Source: Spirochaetota bacterium
Lineage (GTDB): Bacteria; Spirochaetota; JAHITG01
Direction of reading: 5' to 3'
Length of the DNA stretch: 46,626 nt
NCBI GenBank assembly: GCA_018817865.1
Contig: JAHITG010000292.1
Coordinates: forward strand, 1 to 46,626
Shown piece by piece: positions 28,701 to 34,694 of the stretch. The notes beneath the pieces are model-generated. The model did no database searches. It was not told the origin of the DNA and was given only the letters and a program-made list of their open reading frames with translations. How positions within the stretch are numbered: position 1 is the first letter of the stretch; each line of letters starts with the position of its first letter. The position numbers and the translations under genes are program-made.

Positions 28701-29092
28701 ATTACTACTTCAGTGTCCAGACGATTGATGAGGGATTTATGGGTTCAACATGGCTGACAGCTTCGTATTATCATGATCCCAAAGCTCCCGGAGTGGATGA
28801 TTTCAAGACTTCTGATAATTTTCTGAATCTGGATGACGGACAGGAGTGTATTATAACGTATAACCTCGGGCAGGCTTCTAAAGTAACCATCGAGATCGTG
28901 AATCTTGAAGGGACCATTGTGAAGACCCTGCTGAAAGATGTTCAGAAACCGGCCGGGTATCATCCGTATACTCATAAAGAGACATGGAAGGGTATCAATG
29001 AAGCAGGGACAAAGATAGCTCCCGGGATCTATTGGGTCTTTGTAAAGACCGATCACTGGGTTAAAAAGAAACGTGTTTTGATCGTATGGTAG
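22784..29092 (+). CDS. Giant (2102 aa) T9SS cargo/adhesin: 5 x [MAM/choice-of-anchor-J-like sandwich + Ig-like module] + 7-blade FG-GAP/VCBS propeller + FN3 + CTD
   Basis: The ATG at 22784 (MKKLLLIILILSFPVADA) is preferred over the GTG at 22772. A motif set recurs five times: FE(S/G)xxGG...WEWG(I/T)P..GPS.AHSG..CWGT...GWYIDD(L/V), each followed by P(I/V)AG(T/S)G...P.GW(S/T).PQ. The seven DxDxDG-type blades are FDNDGDFD, FNNDGFYD, VDNDGDVD, FNNDAYMD, IDLDGDLD, VDNDGDLD and FNRDGLLD. The CTD reads KVTIEIVNLEGTIVKTLL...PGIYWVFVKT...RVLIVW. Confidence 0.8.
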   Translation: MKKLLLIILILSFPVADASSAIIYSNNFESDDGGLIQIDCINYSWEWGIPKYVGPSNVPSGQRCWGTIIEGNYGSSTTNREYLVLTNVDLTSVSYAGLEFWHYYKFDDMMTDDAGRVEVSTNSGTTWSNLGDYPYEYSQSWVMAFNGPGYARNEGTNWQQAAFDLTSYAGQNIWIRFRFESDSWNNNHPGWYIDDLVIKDIPVPIAGTGTSSNMPVSVYNNSSNAITFYYKAEKGIYSGKVSLEIPAGWSAPQDSNGALEGYVQIQSGTGSPVIALDPDIVLRTITVQITNMKPGDDLRIIYGAGAVGAVAPSSYGTYSFTMQSGNILEGMVDLDESPWVAVQPLIVPPYFENFESGVGGLYATGEKAQWEYGTPSGVGPSSAHSGSSCWATKISSYYDINFWNPENLYLPPIDLTGITTNVYISFWHWFEFYYDRNMGHDGSAIFASTNGGTNYFILEAHLGTRYNDTSDMMPPFGMGGTSPYCWSLKNSGWEQVYVDLTSFTNKVVNLYFAFKAGNWQFPNFAGYYLDDIEVIASTPPVAGSGQGSIQPAATYISSTNYYKLKYTSDTVIYNGTVTVDIPGGWTPPQMAIPANPGYVYIVSTNSAVKINKIPGVGGNTITINITNMPAGMDFDICYSNAVAQNTTGPAQFITRSMRQGEVLTPINKTPEVRVMNLISSFPWFRDFEGNDGNLSTVGNLTPFWEWGVPGVGPTGAYSGSRCWGTLLNSTLDPDYQNYSLYTPFFNFSNITNAIIDFQYFADLQGSGSFGAHFMISTNKGQTFEVFGKYPTDYDEQWFYSPPPYTKSYPGWADSTTAWEQKIIDLSSLSGKILQMRFRFVNRGWEPNHAGFYIDDLYVKRDRPPIAGSGTATVNPSVTAPSTSADYAFLYLSEKNFYDGSVTFEIPNNWTAPQKIFPANPGYIKIISVLSNAKVNYDLNIIGAGPWIVTVTVTNIPAEGGFTLAYSNAVSPALIGESVFSVRSALDTEPLTEINSSPVIVNLNTISIPFTHTFDSDNGGWVEAGSTHELWDWGIPSWGPSSAHSGSRLWGTVLDDNVNVPGVLDKLTSPIIDLTSATQAHFAFYHWYDMSDMAMSDMAGNVMVSTNFTDFAVLGSYPKNYPNSWVFSWSGPKNGQDGYSGMDWENQKRWEKRTFNLLPYVGNKIILRFDFGSRPAAPQLNSPGWYIDDVSVQPTPPPIAGTGTATIYPESAIVNTTNNYTITYTAKEDIFIGSIEIDFPHDWSLIQTNNSSGRGYVFLDTFSTFTYNLTIANSNRLIINVQNLDYNESFQIRYKKAVTPAVAGTYVFTNKSQGFSEPITPIDNSPSVICQEIQTLPYKEEFESGNGGYISEGNDKLFEWGTPANVGPSEAHSGIKCWGTKINQFYNEDNSWEYMVSPPFDVTAETQIYFSFHHYFDSEADPMKMFPWGSGDGVTLEIASADTLAGLTTASFEQVGSYPQVYNQYLDNRQFWGGFSGGWVRQEMNLSQYGGKYIKFRFYFHSDWDYASLPGWYVDDIKIDNVTPKTPDVPFEDSGTHIGRNNSYGVSFLDFDNDGDFDLIENNYKQTYNIIWRNNGSGSLSEYKSIGKNSTRVIRFADFNNDGFYDAFAGNCKGEIGELSEQPNEIFMNAGGKEFVLKQSIGNDITRDVALCDVDNDGDVDIFVANIGANSLYLNDGTGNFQESENILTGGNTTAALFADFNNDAYMDLVIGNNGGEANRLLMNNGSGGFSDSGQSMGKYETTSLDVGDIDLDGDLDIVFGTRTLIKIWTNNGSAGFGSAGSSRFQARSIDFVTNDTKDMKLADVDNDGDLDILCANEYDTDMVWLNNGFGTFKDSGNYLGSYASKRMSVADFNRDGLLDFAVGNSFDQPDIIWLNKMTNNNINRAPSPPKVLEVEFSGNEAIITWSSGTDSETPISHLTYNLNIGTSPNGNDILSVPVKKDSYYFNGPGNVRMAKVSGGNRIWRIKNLTKISYYYFSVQTIDEGFMGSTWLTASYYHDPKAPGVDDFKTSDNFLNLDDGQECIITYNLGQASKVTIEIVNLEGTIVKTLLKDVQKPAGYHPYTHKETWKGINEAGTKIAPGIYWVFVKTDHWVKKKRVLIVW
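26048..26077 (+). repeat. 15-bp tandem duplication inside the giant gene (ATGAGTGATATGGCT / ATGAGTGATATGGCC)
   Basis: The two units are adjacent and match at 14/15 positions. They are in frame and encode MSDMA-MSDMA in module 4. Confidence 0.9.
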
Positions 29093-29108
29093 AGGAGGAT
29101 CAGGAATT

Positions 29109-31481
29109 ATGAAAGGTTTATGGAGAGCATTATATTTTCTGATAATACTTATATTTTATTCAGGTCTGGCTGCACAGGATTATTCGACTTCTGTAGGCAG
29201 GTTTCTCCTGCTTTCGGGAGGAGCCAGGGCCGGTGCAATGGGCGGAGCCTACTCTGCCGTGGCAGAAGATGCCTCTACCATAAACTGGAATCCGGGCGGC
29301 CTGGCCTTTATTAAGGGATATGAGATATCCTTTATGCATATGATGTATGATGAAGATATATTATATGAAAATGCTTCCGCTACGCTGCCTCTGGATTTCG
29401 GAACATTTGGACTGAATTTTATTTACATGGGAATGTCACCTCTGGCTGAAATGGCAAATGGGGACCTGACCGGTAAGGAGCTGGATTATTCTGATATGGC
29501 TATCTCTCTCTCCTTTGGAAGGGAGTTCTTTAATATGGTCGGGATCGGTGCCAATGTAAAATATATAAAAAGCTCAATGGGAATTTCTGACACGGCAGAT
29601 TATTTTACGGGACAGGGCATAGCCTTTGATATCGGCCTTCTTTCAAGGTTCGATCTGTTCAGATTCTATAATAAAATCGAAAAGAACCTGCGCGTGGGGA
29701 TTTCTCTTCAGAATATCGGGACCGGCCTTAAATACATTACATCAACCCATTCCTTTCCTACGGTCATTAAACCGGGCCTTTTTTATAAACCGATCAAGTA
29801 TGCAGAAGTGGTCTTTGATTATAATATCATCAGTGATTCTCCCAATACCATCAATATCGGGCTGGAAGCCCTTCCGGAATGGATCCTGTCCCCACGTGCC
29901 GGTATTAAGATAAAAGATTCCATCAAGACGTTTACATTGGGAGGAGGCTTAAAATACGGATTTGGAAGCTTCTTTTTTCAGCTGGATTATGCCTATAATA
30001 CGGATGATTATTTTAAAAATCATATGATCAGTATAGCGATCAGAAAATTCACGGCATCTTTAGCGGAATTCGGTTTCGGGAATATCATTATAAAAGATGT
30101 TTTCCCGGCCATGTATAAGTATTATACAAAGAACTCGGTATCGGATGTGGAAGTGAAGAATGATACTAATATTCCTATTGAAAAGATAAAGGTCTCCATG
30201 CTTGTAAATAAGTATATGGATTTTCCTTCCGAAAGCAAGGAGGTTGAGCGGTTACCCTCCGGTGATACTATTGTTGTAAAGCTTCCTGCTGAATTTAACA
30301 ATGAAATTCTAAATATATCCGAAGATACCCCCATGCAGGCGCAGATTAAGATAGATTATGTGGCTGAGGGAAAACGGCATCAGATCTCTCAGACAAAATC
30401 ATTTAAACTCTTTAACCGGTATGCCATGACTTGGGATAATTTTGATAAATTGGCAGCATTTGTTACACCAAAGGACCCGCCTGTAAAAGTTTTTGCCCGG
30501 GGCATGGTCCAGCAGTACAGCACCATAAGGATCAAGGACCTTCCCCGTTCTATTGTACAGGCCTCCGTTATTTTCAATGCTTTAGGAGCTGTAGGTATCA
30601 CTTATGTCCTTGATCCGCAGAGCCCCTACAGGCAGAGGCAAAAGGCAACCGAGATCATAGATCAGATCCAGTATCCGCGGGATACCTTGCGGTATAAAAC
30701 AGGGGATTGTGATGACTGCTCCGCCCTTTACTGTGCTTTGCTGGAGAATATAGGACTGAACACGGCATTTATTGATATTCAGGATCACATCTTTATGATG
30801 TTTGATACCCAGGTACCGGAGGAAAATGCTTTGGAGGAGTTCGGTAAGAGGGACCTCTATGTTATTAAAGATGGTACCGCGTGGCTTCCCATAGAGACGA
30901 CAATGTTCAAAAAGGGATTTTCAGATGCCTGGATCACGGCAGCGAATGAGTATCTTGAAGCTTCGGAAAAAGGCATTGTTACGATCGTTGATGTTAAAAA
31001 AGCCTGGGAGACATTCTATCCCGTAACATTACCTGATATTCAGTGGGAACCGCCTTTCCCTTCAAAAAGCAGCATGGAGCTTTTTCTAAATAAAGACAGG
31101 AGGAGATTCGGCAGTCTGGGGGTAAAAGGATTGATCAATGAATTACGGATACAGCTTGCCAGAAATCCGCGTGATGTGGACATATTGAACAGGCTGGCCG
31201 TAACGTACGGCAGGATCGGCAAGGTAAAGATCTCTCAGAGGTATCTGGAAATGATATTGGAGCAGAAGCCCAATAAAGCAAAATATTTTAATAACCTGGC
31301 CAATACCTATTTTCTCGATAATAAATTAAATGAAGCGCTTATTTACTATAAACAGGCGATCAAACTTGAACCGGATAACCCGAACTACAGGATCAATATC
31401 TCTAACCTGTACAGCGTCATGGGGGAGAAGGACAGGGCTGAAGAAGAGATGAAGAAGGCTGAAAAACTTCTTGAAGAATAG
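29109..31481 (+). CDS. Fusion protein: PorV/PorQ-family barrel + middle beta-rich region + transglutaminase-like Cys-protease core + C-terminal TPR repeats (790 aa)
   Basis: The RBS is GAGGAGGA, and the gene starts 16 nt after the giant cargo gene. The barrel signature is GARAGAMGGAYSAVAEDASTINWNPGGLAFI. The TGase-like core is GDCDDCSALYCALLENIGLNTAFIDIQDHIFMMFD...GTAWLPIETT (Cys, His, acidic residue). The TPR segment is AKYFNNLANTYFLDNKLNEALIYYKQAIKLEPDNPNY. Confidence 0.75.
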   Translation: MKGLWRALYFLIILIFYSGLAAQDYSTSVGRFLLLSGGARAGAMGGAYSAVAEDASTINWNPGGLAFIKGYEISFMHMMYDEDILYENASATLPLDFGTFGLNFIYMGMSPLAEMANGDLTGKELDYSDMAISLSFGREFFNMVGIGANVKYIKSSMGISDTADYFTGQGIAFDIGLLSRFDLFRFYNKIEKNLRVGISLQNIGTGLKYITSTHSFPTVIKPGLFYKPIKYAEVVFDYNIISDSPNTINIGLEALPEWILSPRAGIKIKDSIKTFTLGGGLKYGFGSFFFQLDYAYNTDDYFKNHMISIAIRKFTASLAEFGFGNIIIKDVFPAMYKYYTKNSVSDVEVKNDTNIPIEKIKVSMLVNKYMDFPSESKEVERLPSGDTIVVKLPAEFNNEILNISEDTPMQAQIKIDYVAEGKRHQISQTKSFKLFNRYAMTWDNFDKLAAFVTPKDPPVKVFARGMVQQYSTIRIKDLPRSIVQASVIFNALGAVGITYVLDPQSPYRQRQKATEIIDQIQYPRDTLRYKTGDCDDCSALYCALLENIGLNTAFIDIQDHIFMMFDTQVPEENALEEFGKRDLYVIKDGTAWLPIETTMFKKGFSDAWITAANEYLEASEKGIVTIVDVKKAWETFYPVTLPDIQWEPPFPSKSSMELFLNKDRRRFGSLGVKGLINELRIQLARNPRDVDILNRLAVTYGRIGKVKISQRYLEMILEQKPNKAKYFNNLANTYFLDNKLNEALIYYKQAIKLEPDNPNYRINISNLYSVMGEKDRAEEEMKKAEKLLEE

Positions 31482-31501
31482 TGACAGGAACTTTTACACA
31501 C

Positions 31502-31529
31502 TTGACTTTGCGGCTGAATTTAATATATT
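31502..31529 (+). promoter_or_regulatory. Sigma70-type promoter TTGACT-N16-TATATT reading into the IR-flanked structured element
   Basis: The -35 is TTGACT at 31502-31507 and the -10 is TATATT at 31524-31529. Confidence 0.45.
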
Positions 31530-31545
31530 ATAAGTAAGAGGCAAA

Positions 31546-31724
31546 TCAGGATATCGCTAAATTAAAAGTAATGTAGTAAGGGGCTTGTGCGGAGCCTCCC
31601 CGAAGGGGGTAGCCCCGCTTGAAATAAGCTATTTTCACTCCATAGACGGGCCTACTTGTGCCCGCAGGGTAAAGGCATTTGATGCATTTTTTGTCAAATA
31701 AATATTAATTTAGCGACAACCTGA
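31546..31724. repeat. 179-bp element bounded by 20-bp inverted repeats (18/20) with GC-rich internal hairpins; candidate sRNA, MITE or invertible switch
   Basis: TCAGGATATCGCTAAATTAA (31546-31565) pairs with TTAATTTAGCGACAACCTGA (31705-31724). Inside are a hairpin GGGGCT...AGCCCC (31580-31616) with an inner CCCC-GAA-GGGG, a second hairpin GGGC...GCCC (~31648-31663), and GCATTTGATGC followed by TTTTTT (31675-31692). Confidence 0.6.
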
Positions 31725-31863
31725 AAGACATCAGGATTGCAAGAAGATTTTGTAACGGGGAATTACTCTTTTGCCAGTTTGATTGACACTTCAGATGATT
31801 TGAATGTAATAGTTTAAGAATATTTATCACGGGTATAATATACAGTATACAAGGAGTACTGAA

Positions 31864-32772
31864 ATGTTCAGAAGATGGATGTTTCAAAAAGACGGCCAGA
31901 CCCTGGGTCTTGTAGCCCTCATTATTCTGCTTTTAGGTGTGATCGCTTTTTTTATCTATAACATAGGTGATTTTTATATAAAAGCGGTAAAGGAACAGAG
32001 TGCCGTGGATGCGGCCATGATCTCCGGTGCTTCGGTACAGGCGGATTATTTGAACATGATCGTACGAAATAATAGAAATACTATACGAGATTATTATATA
32101 CTTATCTGGGCCTGCCGGATATGCGAATTGATTTGTATTCCGGTATTTCCATGCTGCGGGAGGATCTGTTATGTTACTACTCCCCTTATGCATATTATAG
32201 AAAAAAGGTTTATGCTTAAACAGATGACATTGGCGCAAATGGCAGGTATCAAAGCGAGGAGCGAGGCATTAAGTGCTTATAGGAGATCGGGCGGTAAAGG
32301 GAATTTGGAAATATTGCTTTCCTCCGACCCGTATCCTTCAGGGGATGACAGGATGCTTTTCCCCAACACATTGAGACTCAGTATGATCTATTCAAAGATG
32401 CCCAAGACCAGGTTTAGTCAAAATAAAAAGACTTTCTGCGGTTTAGGGGAGAAAAAGAGGAACTCTATGTATGACTGGAAGGGAATGATAAGCTGGATGA
32501 GGGTCCAGGGGAATTACCAGGGTTTTTATGATAAAGCCGGGCCTTTTATCAAGACGATCCCGGAAAGTACTCATTTTAAATTTAAACCCGTATCAAGCTG
32601 GTTTTCTAAAACTCAGAAGATCAGTGTACATTCAGCTGCCCGGCCCTACGGCGGGCATGTTCATGATAAATATTCGTATGGCTTAGGCTGGCCCATCCTG
32701 GTTGGCGGCGGTGAAGATACATTTACGGCAAAATTGGTTCCAACAAAATCATTGTTATACAGGTGGTGGTAA
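31864..32772 (+). CDS. TadG-like pilus (pseudopilin) protein with Cys-rich insert
   Basis: The RBS is AAGGAG. The N-terminus KDGQTLGLVALIILLLGVIAFFIYNIGDFYIKAVKEQSAVDAAMISGAS fits the Tad/TadG N-terminal pattern (G-x4-hydrophobic helix...Q.A.DAA.L.GA). It contains the cluster CRICELICIPVFPCCGRIC. Confidence 0.6.
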   Translation: MFRRWMFQKDGQTLGLVALIILLLGVIAFFIYNIGDFYIKAVKEQSAVDAAMISGASVQADYLNMIVRNNRNTIRDYYILIWACRICELICIPVFPCCGRICYVTTPLMHIIEKRFMLKQMTLAQMAGIKARSEALSAYRRSGGKGNLEILLSSDPYPSGDDRMLFPNTLRLSMIYSKMPKTRFSQNKKTFCGLGEKKRNSMYDWKGMISWMRVQGNYQGFYDKAGPFIKTIPESTHFKFKPVSSWFSKTQKISVHSAARPYGGHVHDKYSYGLGWPILVGGGEDTFTAKLVPTKSLLYRWW

Positions 32773-32773
32773 G

Positions 32774-33211
32774 ATGAAACTATCATTTAAAAAATTCATT
32801 GATTTCATCAAGGAGAAGAAAGGCCAGGCATTTACAGAGCTGATCATACTTATCACCCTGATCTTTATGACCGCGATCGTTGCTACGATCCATTTAGGGC
32901 TTTTCCAGTTGAGCCGGACAAGGATACAGATGGCTAATTTCTATCTGGGCCATACATCAGCAACCGCAAAAAATCCCGGGGATGTAGGAACAAAGACAAA
33001 AGTAATGCTTAAAAAAGGGGCTCCTTCTGTTGTTGAAGACAGTACATGGTTTGAATCAGTTACTCCCACAGTATCCGGCGGTGACGCAAAGACAGCACAG
33101 ATCAAAACGGAGTTCCGATTAAATTCATCTATCATGCAAAAAGTTGTTGGAAGTGACATTATGCCTTTGAACTCATATAAACTCTATATAAAAGGACCCA
33201 AGTATAAATGA
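32774..33211 (+). CDS. TadE-like pseudopilin (145 aa)
   Basis: The ATG at 32774 lies 1 nt after the upstream stop, so I reject the track start at 32702. The N-terminus is MKLSFKKFIDFIKEKKGQAFTELIILITLIFMTAIVATI (G-x3-E + hydrophobic helix). Confidence 0.5.
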   Translation: MKLSFKKFIDFIKEKKGQAFTELIILITLIFMTAIVATIHLGLFQLSRTRIQMANFYLGHTSATAKNPGDVGTKTKVMLKKGAPSVVEDSTWFESVTPTVSGGDAKTAQIKTEFRLNSSIMQKVVGSDIMPLNSYKLYIKGPKYK

Positions 33212-33996
33212 TTAAATTAAATAAGATAAAGACATTATGCGTTTTGTTTTTATTGATCGTCTGCATTTTTATGCATCAGAACATATCTGGACAATTAAAT
33301 GACGCCCTTCAGGAAGTTCTCTTCTATAAAGGGGATATTGTTGTTGATAATGTGGATCAATGGGAATCCAATAATATCCATTTTACTATGGTTGGCTATT
33401 TCCTGAAAAAGGAGAGGGAGATCACTGTTAAAAAGATACAGGAGTATTATAAGCATTCTTTTAAGAGATTTGGTTACAAAGTTTACAGAAAGAAGGATCA
33501 GAAACTGGCCGAGGGAATGCTTCAGGAAATGTATTTAATGAATGATAAACACATTTTTGGTATTACTATCTATGATCTAAAGGATATTGAAGACTACTAT
33601 ATAACCTTACAGGTATCTGAAAAGGATGTCATGCGTAATCCCGGGATGTTCTTATTAAATAAGAAAAAAGATAATCCCGGATTTGATTATAAGGATATTC
33701 CCCGTTTTAAGAACAGTATTAGGTTCATGTCCTCCCGGTCAATATCCGAGGTTGGAAAAACAGAGCAGCAGATCATTTATCATACACTATCTGAAATTGA
33801 GGGTATTACGGATTTTTATAAAGATATTATGATCAAAGAAGACTGGAAAATGAAGCAGTCCTTTGAGACTCCCGAGTGTAATATGCTTCATTATAAAAAA
33901 AGTAAAAATAATGAGGTAACATGTGATATTTTTATCATGAAGAGTAAGGACATGAAAGAGAATGCAATTATTATAAACAGGAGTTCATATGATTAA
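33208..33996 (+). CDS. Secreted/anchored hypothetical protein embedded in the Tad pilin set (262 aa)
   Basis: It overlaps the upstream gene by 4 nt (ATGA). It has an N-terminal hydrophobic helix (LCVLFLLIVCIFM) and no motif I recognise. Confidence 0.5.
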   Translation: MIKLNKIKTLCVLFLLIVCIFMHQNISGQLNDALQEVLFYKGDIVVDNVDQWESNNIHFTMVGYFLKKEREITVKKIQEYYKHSFKRFGYKVYRKKDQKLAEGMLQEMYLMNDKHIFGITIYDLKDIEDYYITLQVSEKDVMRNPGMFLLNKKKDNPGFDYKDIPRFKNSIRFMSSRSISEVGKTEQQIIYHTLSEIEGITDFYKDIMIKEDWKMKQSFETPECNMLHYKKSKNNEVTCDIFIMKSKDMKENAIIINRSSYD

Positions 33997-34168
33997 GCTT
34001 TTAAAAAAGATCAATGGACAGGCCCTTGTAGAATATGCTCTGCTGAGTGTTTTTATTACCCTTGCTGTACTCGGTGTTTACATGGCTGCAGCAGCTGCCT
34101 ATAAGAATGTTCTGAATGAAATTATTGAAGGAATTGAAAAAGCACATTATCTTGAGATGTTCATGTAG
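33989..34168 (+). CDS. flp: Flp-family type IVb pilin (59 aa), missing from the ORF track
   Basis: My own translation gives MIKLLKKINGQALVEYALLSVFITLAVLGVYMAAAAAYKNVLNEIIEGIEKAHYLEMFM. It carries the Flp motif G/QALVEY followed by a hydrophobic helix. AGGAG lies at 33979-33983. The start overlaps the upstream stop within ATGATTAA, and the TAG stop is at 34166-34168. Confidence 0.8.
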   Translation: MIKLLKKINGQALVEYALLSVFITLAVLGVYMAAAAAYKNVLNEIIEGIEKAHYLEMFM

Positions 34169-34177
34169 GAGAAGGTC

Positions 34178-34690
34178 TTGAAAATACGGCAGTTTATTAA
34201 ACAAACCGATGGCCAGTCATTAAGTGAAACTTTAGTGGCTTTACTGGTGGTCATCTATATTGTTCTTGGACTATTTCAGTTTTCCCTGTTCATTACCGGG
34301 TTCCTTTCAACGAATTATGCGGCGTTCAGGGCGGGCCGGGCTGTTCTGGTCTCTTATAATAATGAAAGAAGCTACGGTCAGTCTGCCGGTTCAGCCCTCA
34401 TGGATGCAAGAAAGGTGGTGGGTAATTTATATCTCTTTTCCTCTATTGCCGGATCAATGCCATATCAGGTTAAGTTATACAAGTTTGACAGCAGCGATGA
34501 TTCATATCTGGGGGATCCATACCAGTCCAGTGAATCCCTCCCTGCTGATAGCGATGTCTGGGTAGAAGTGACCGGTAGAATGCGGTATGTCATGCCTTAT
34601 GCCAGAAAAATATTCGGACTTTTCGGCTGGAAGACCATTAAAGCCTATTATCTGATCCATACACCCAATCCCGGCCGGAATAACCCATAG
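34178..34690 (+). CDS. TadE-like pseudopilin (170 aa, TTG start)
   Basis: The RBS is TAGGAGAAGG. The N-terminus TDGQSLSETLVALLVVIYIVLGLFQFSLF...NYAAFRAGRAV matches the TadE pattern (G-x3-E-hydrophobic ... aAR.GAR). Confidence 0.6.
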   Translation: MKIRQFIKQTDGQSLSETLVALLVVIYIVLGLFQFSLFITGFLSTNYAAFRAGRAVLVSYNNERSYGQSAGSALMDARKVVGNLYLFSSIAGSMPYQVKLYKFDSSDDSYLGDPYQSSESLPADSDVWVEVTGRMRYVMPYARKIFGLFGWKTIKAYYLIHTPNPGRNNP

Positions 34691-34694
34691 TTCC

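Noticed and set aside
31546-31724. IR-bounded element as a c-di-GMP riboswitch, retron msr/msd, 6S RNA, SRP RNA, tmRNA or tRNA
   Set aside because: I could not find the GEMM-type conserved blocks (GGCAAACC / GACGCAAAGCC). No reverse transcriptase follows. The interior forms separate hairpins rather than one long bubble-containing helix. No T-arm or SRP domain IV motifs are present.
34001-34204. 67-aa minus-strand ORF listed in the track
   Set aside because: It is the antisense shadow of the Flp pilin gene (33989-34168), which has an RBS and a family signature.
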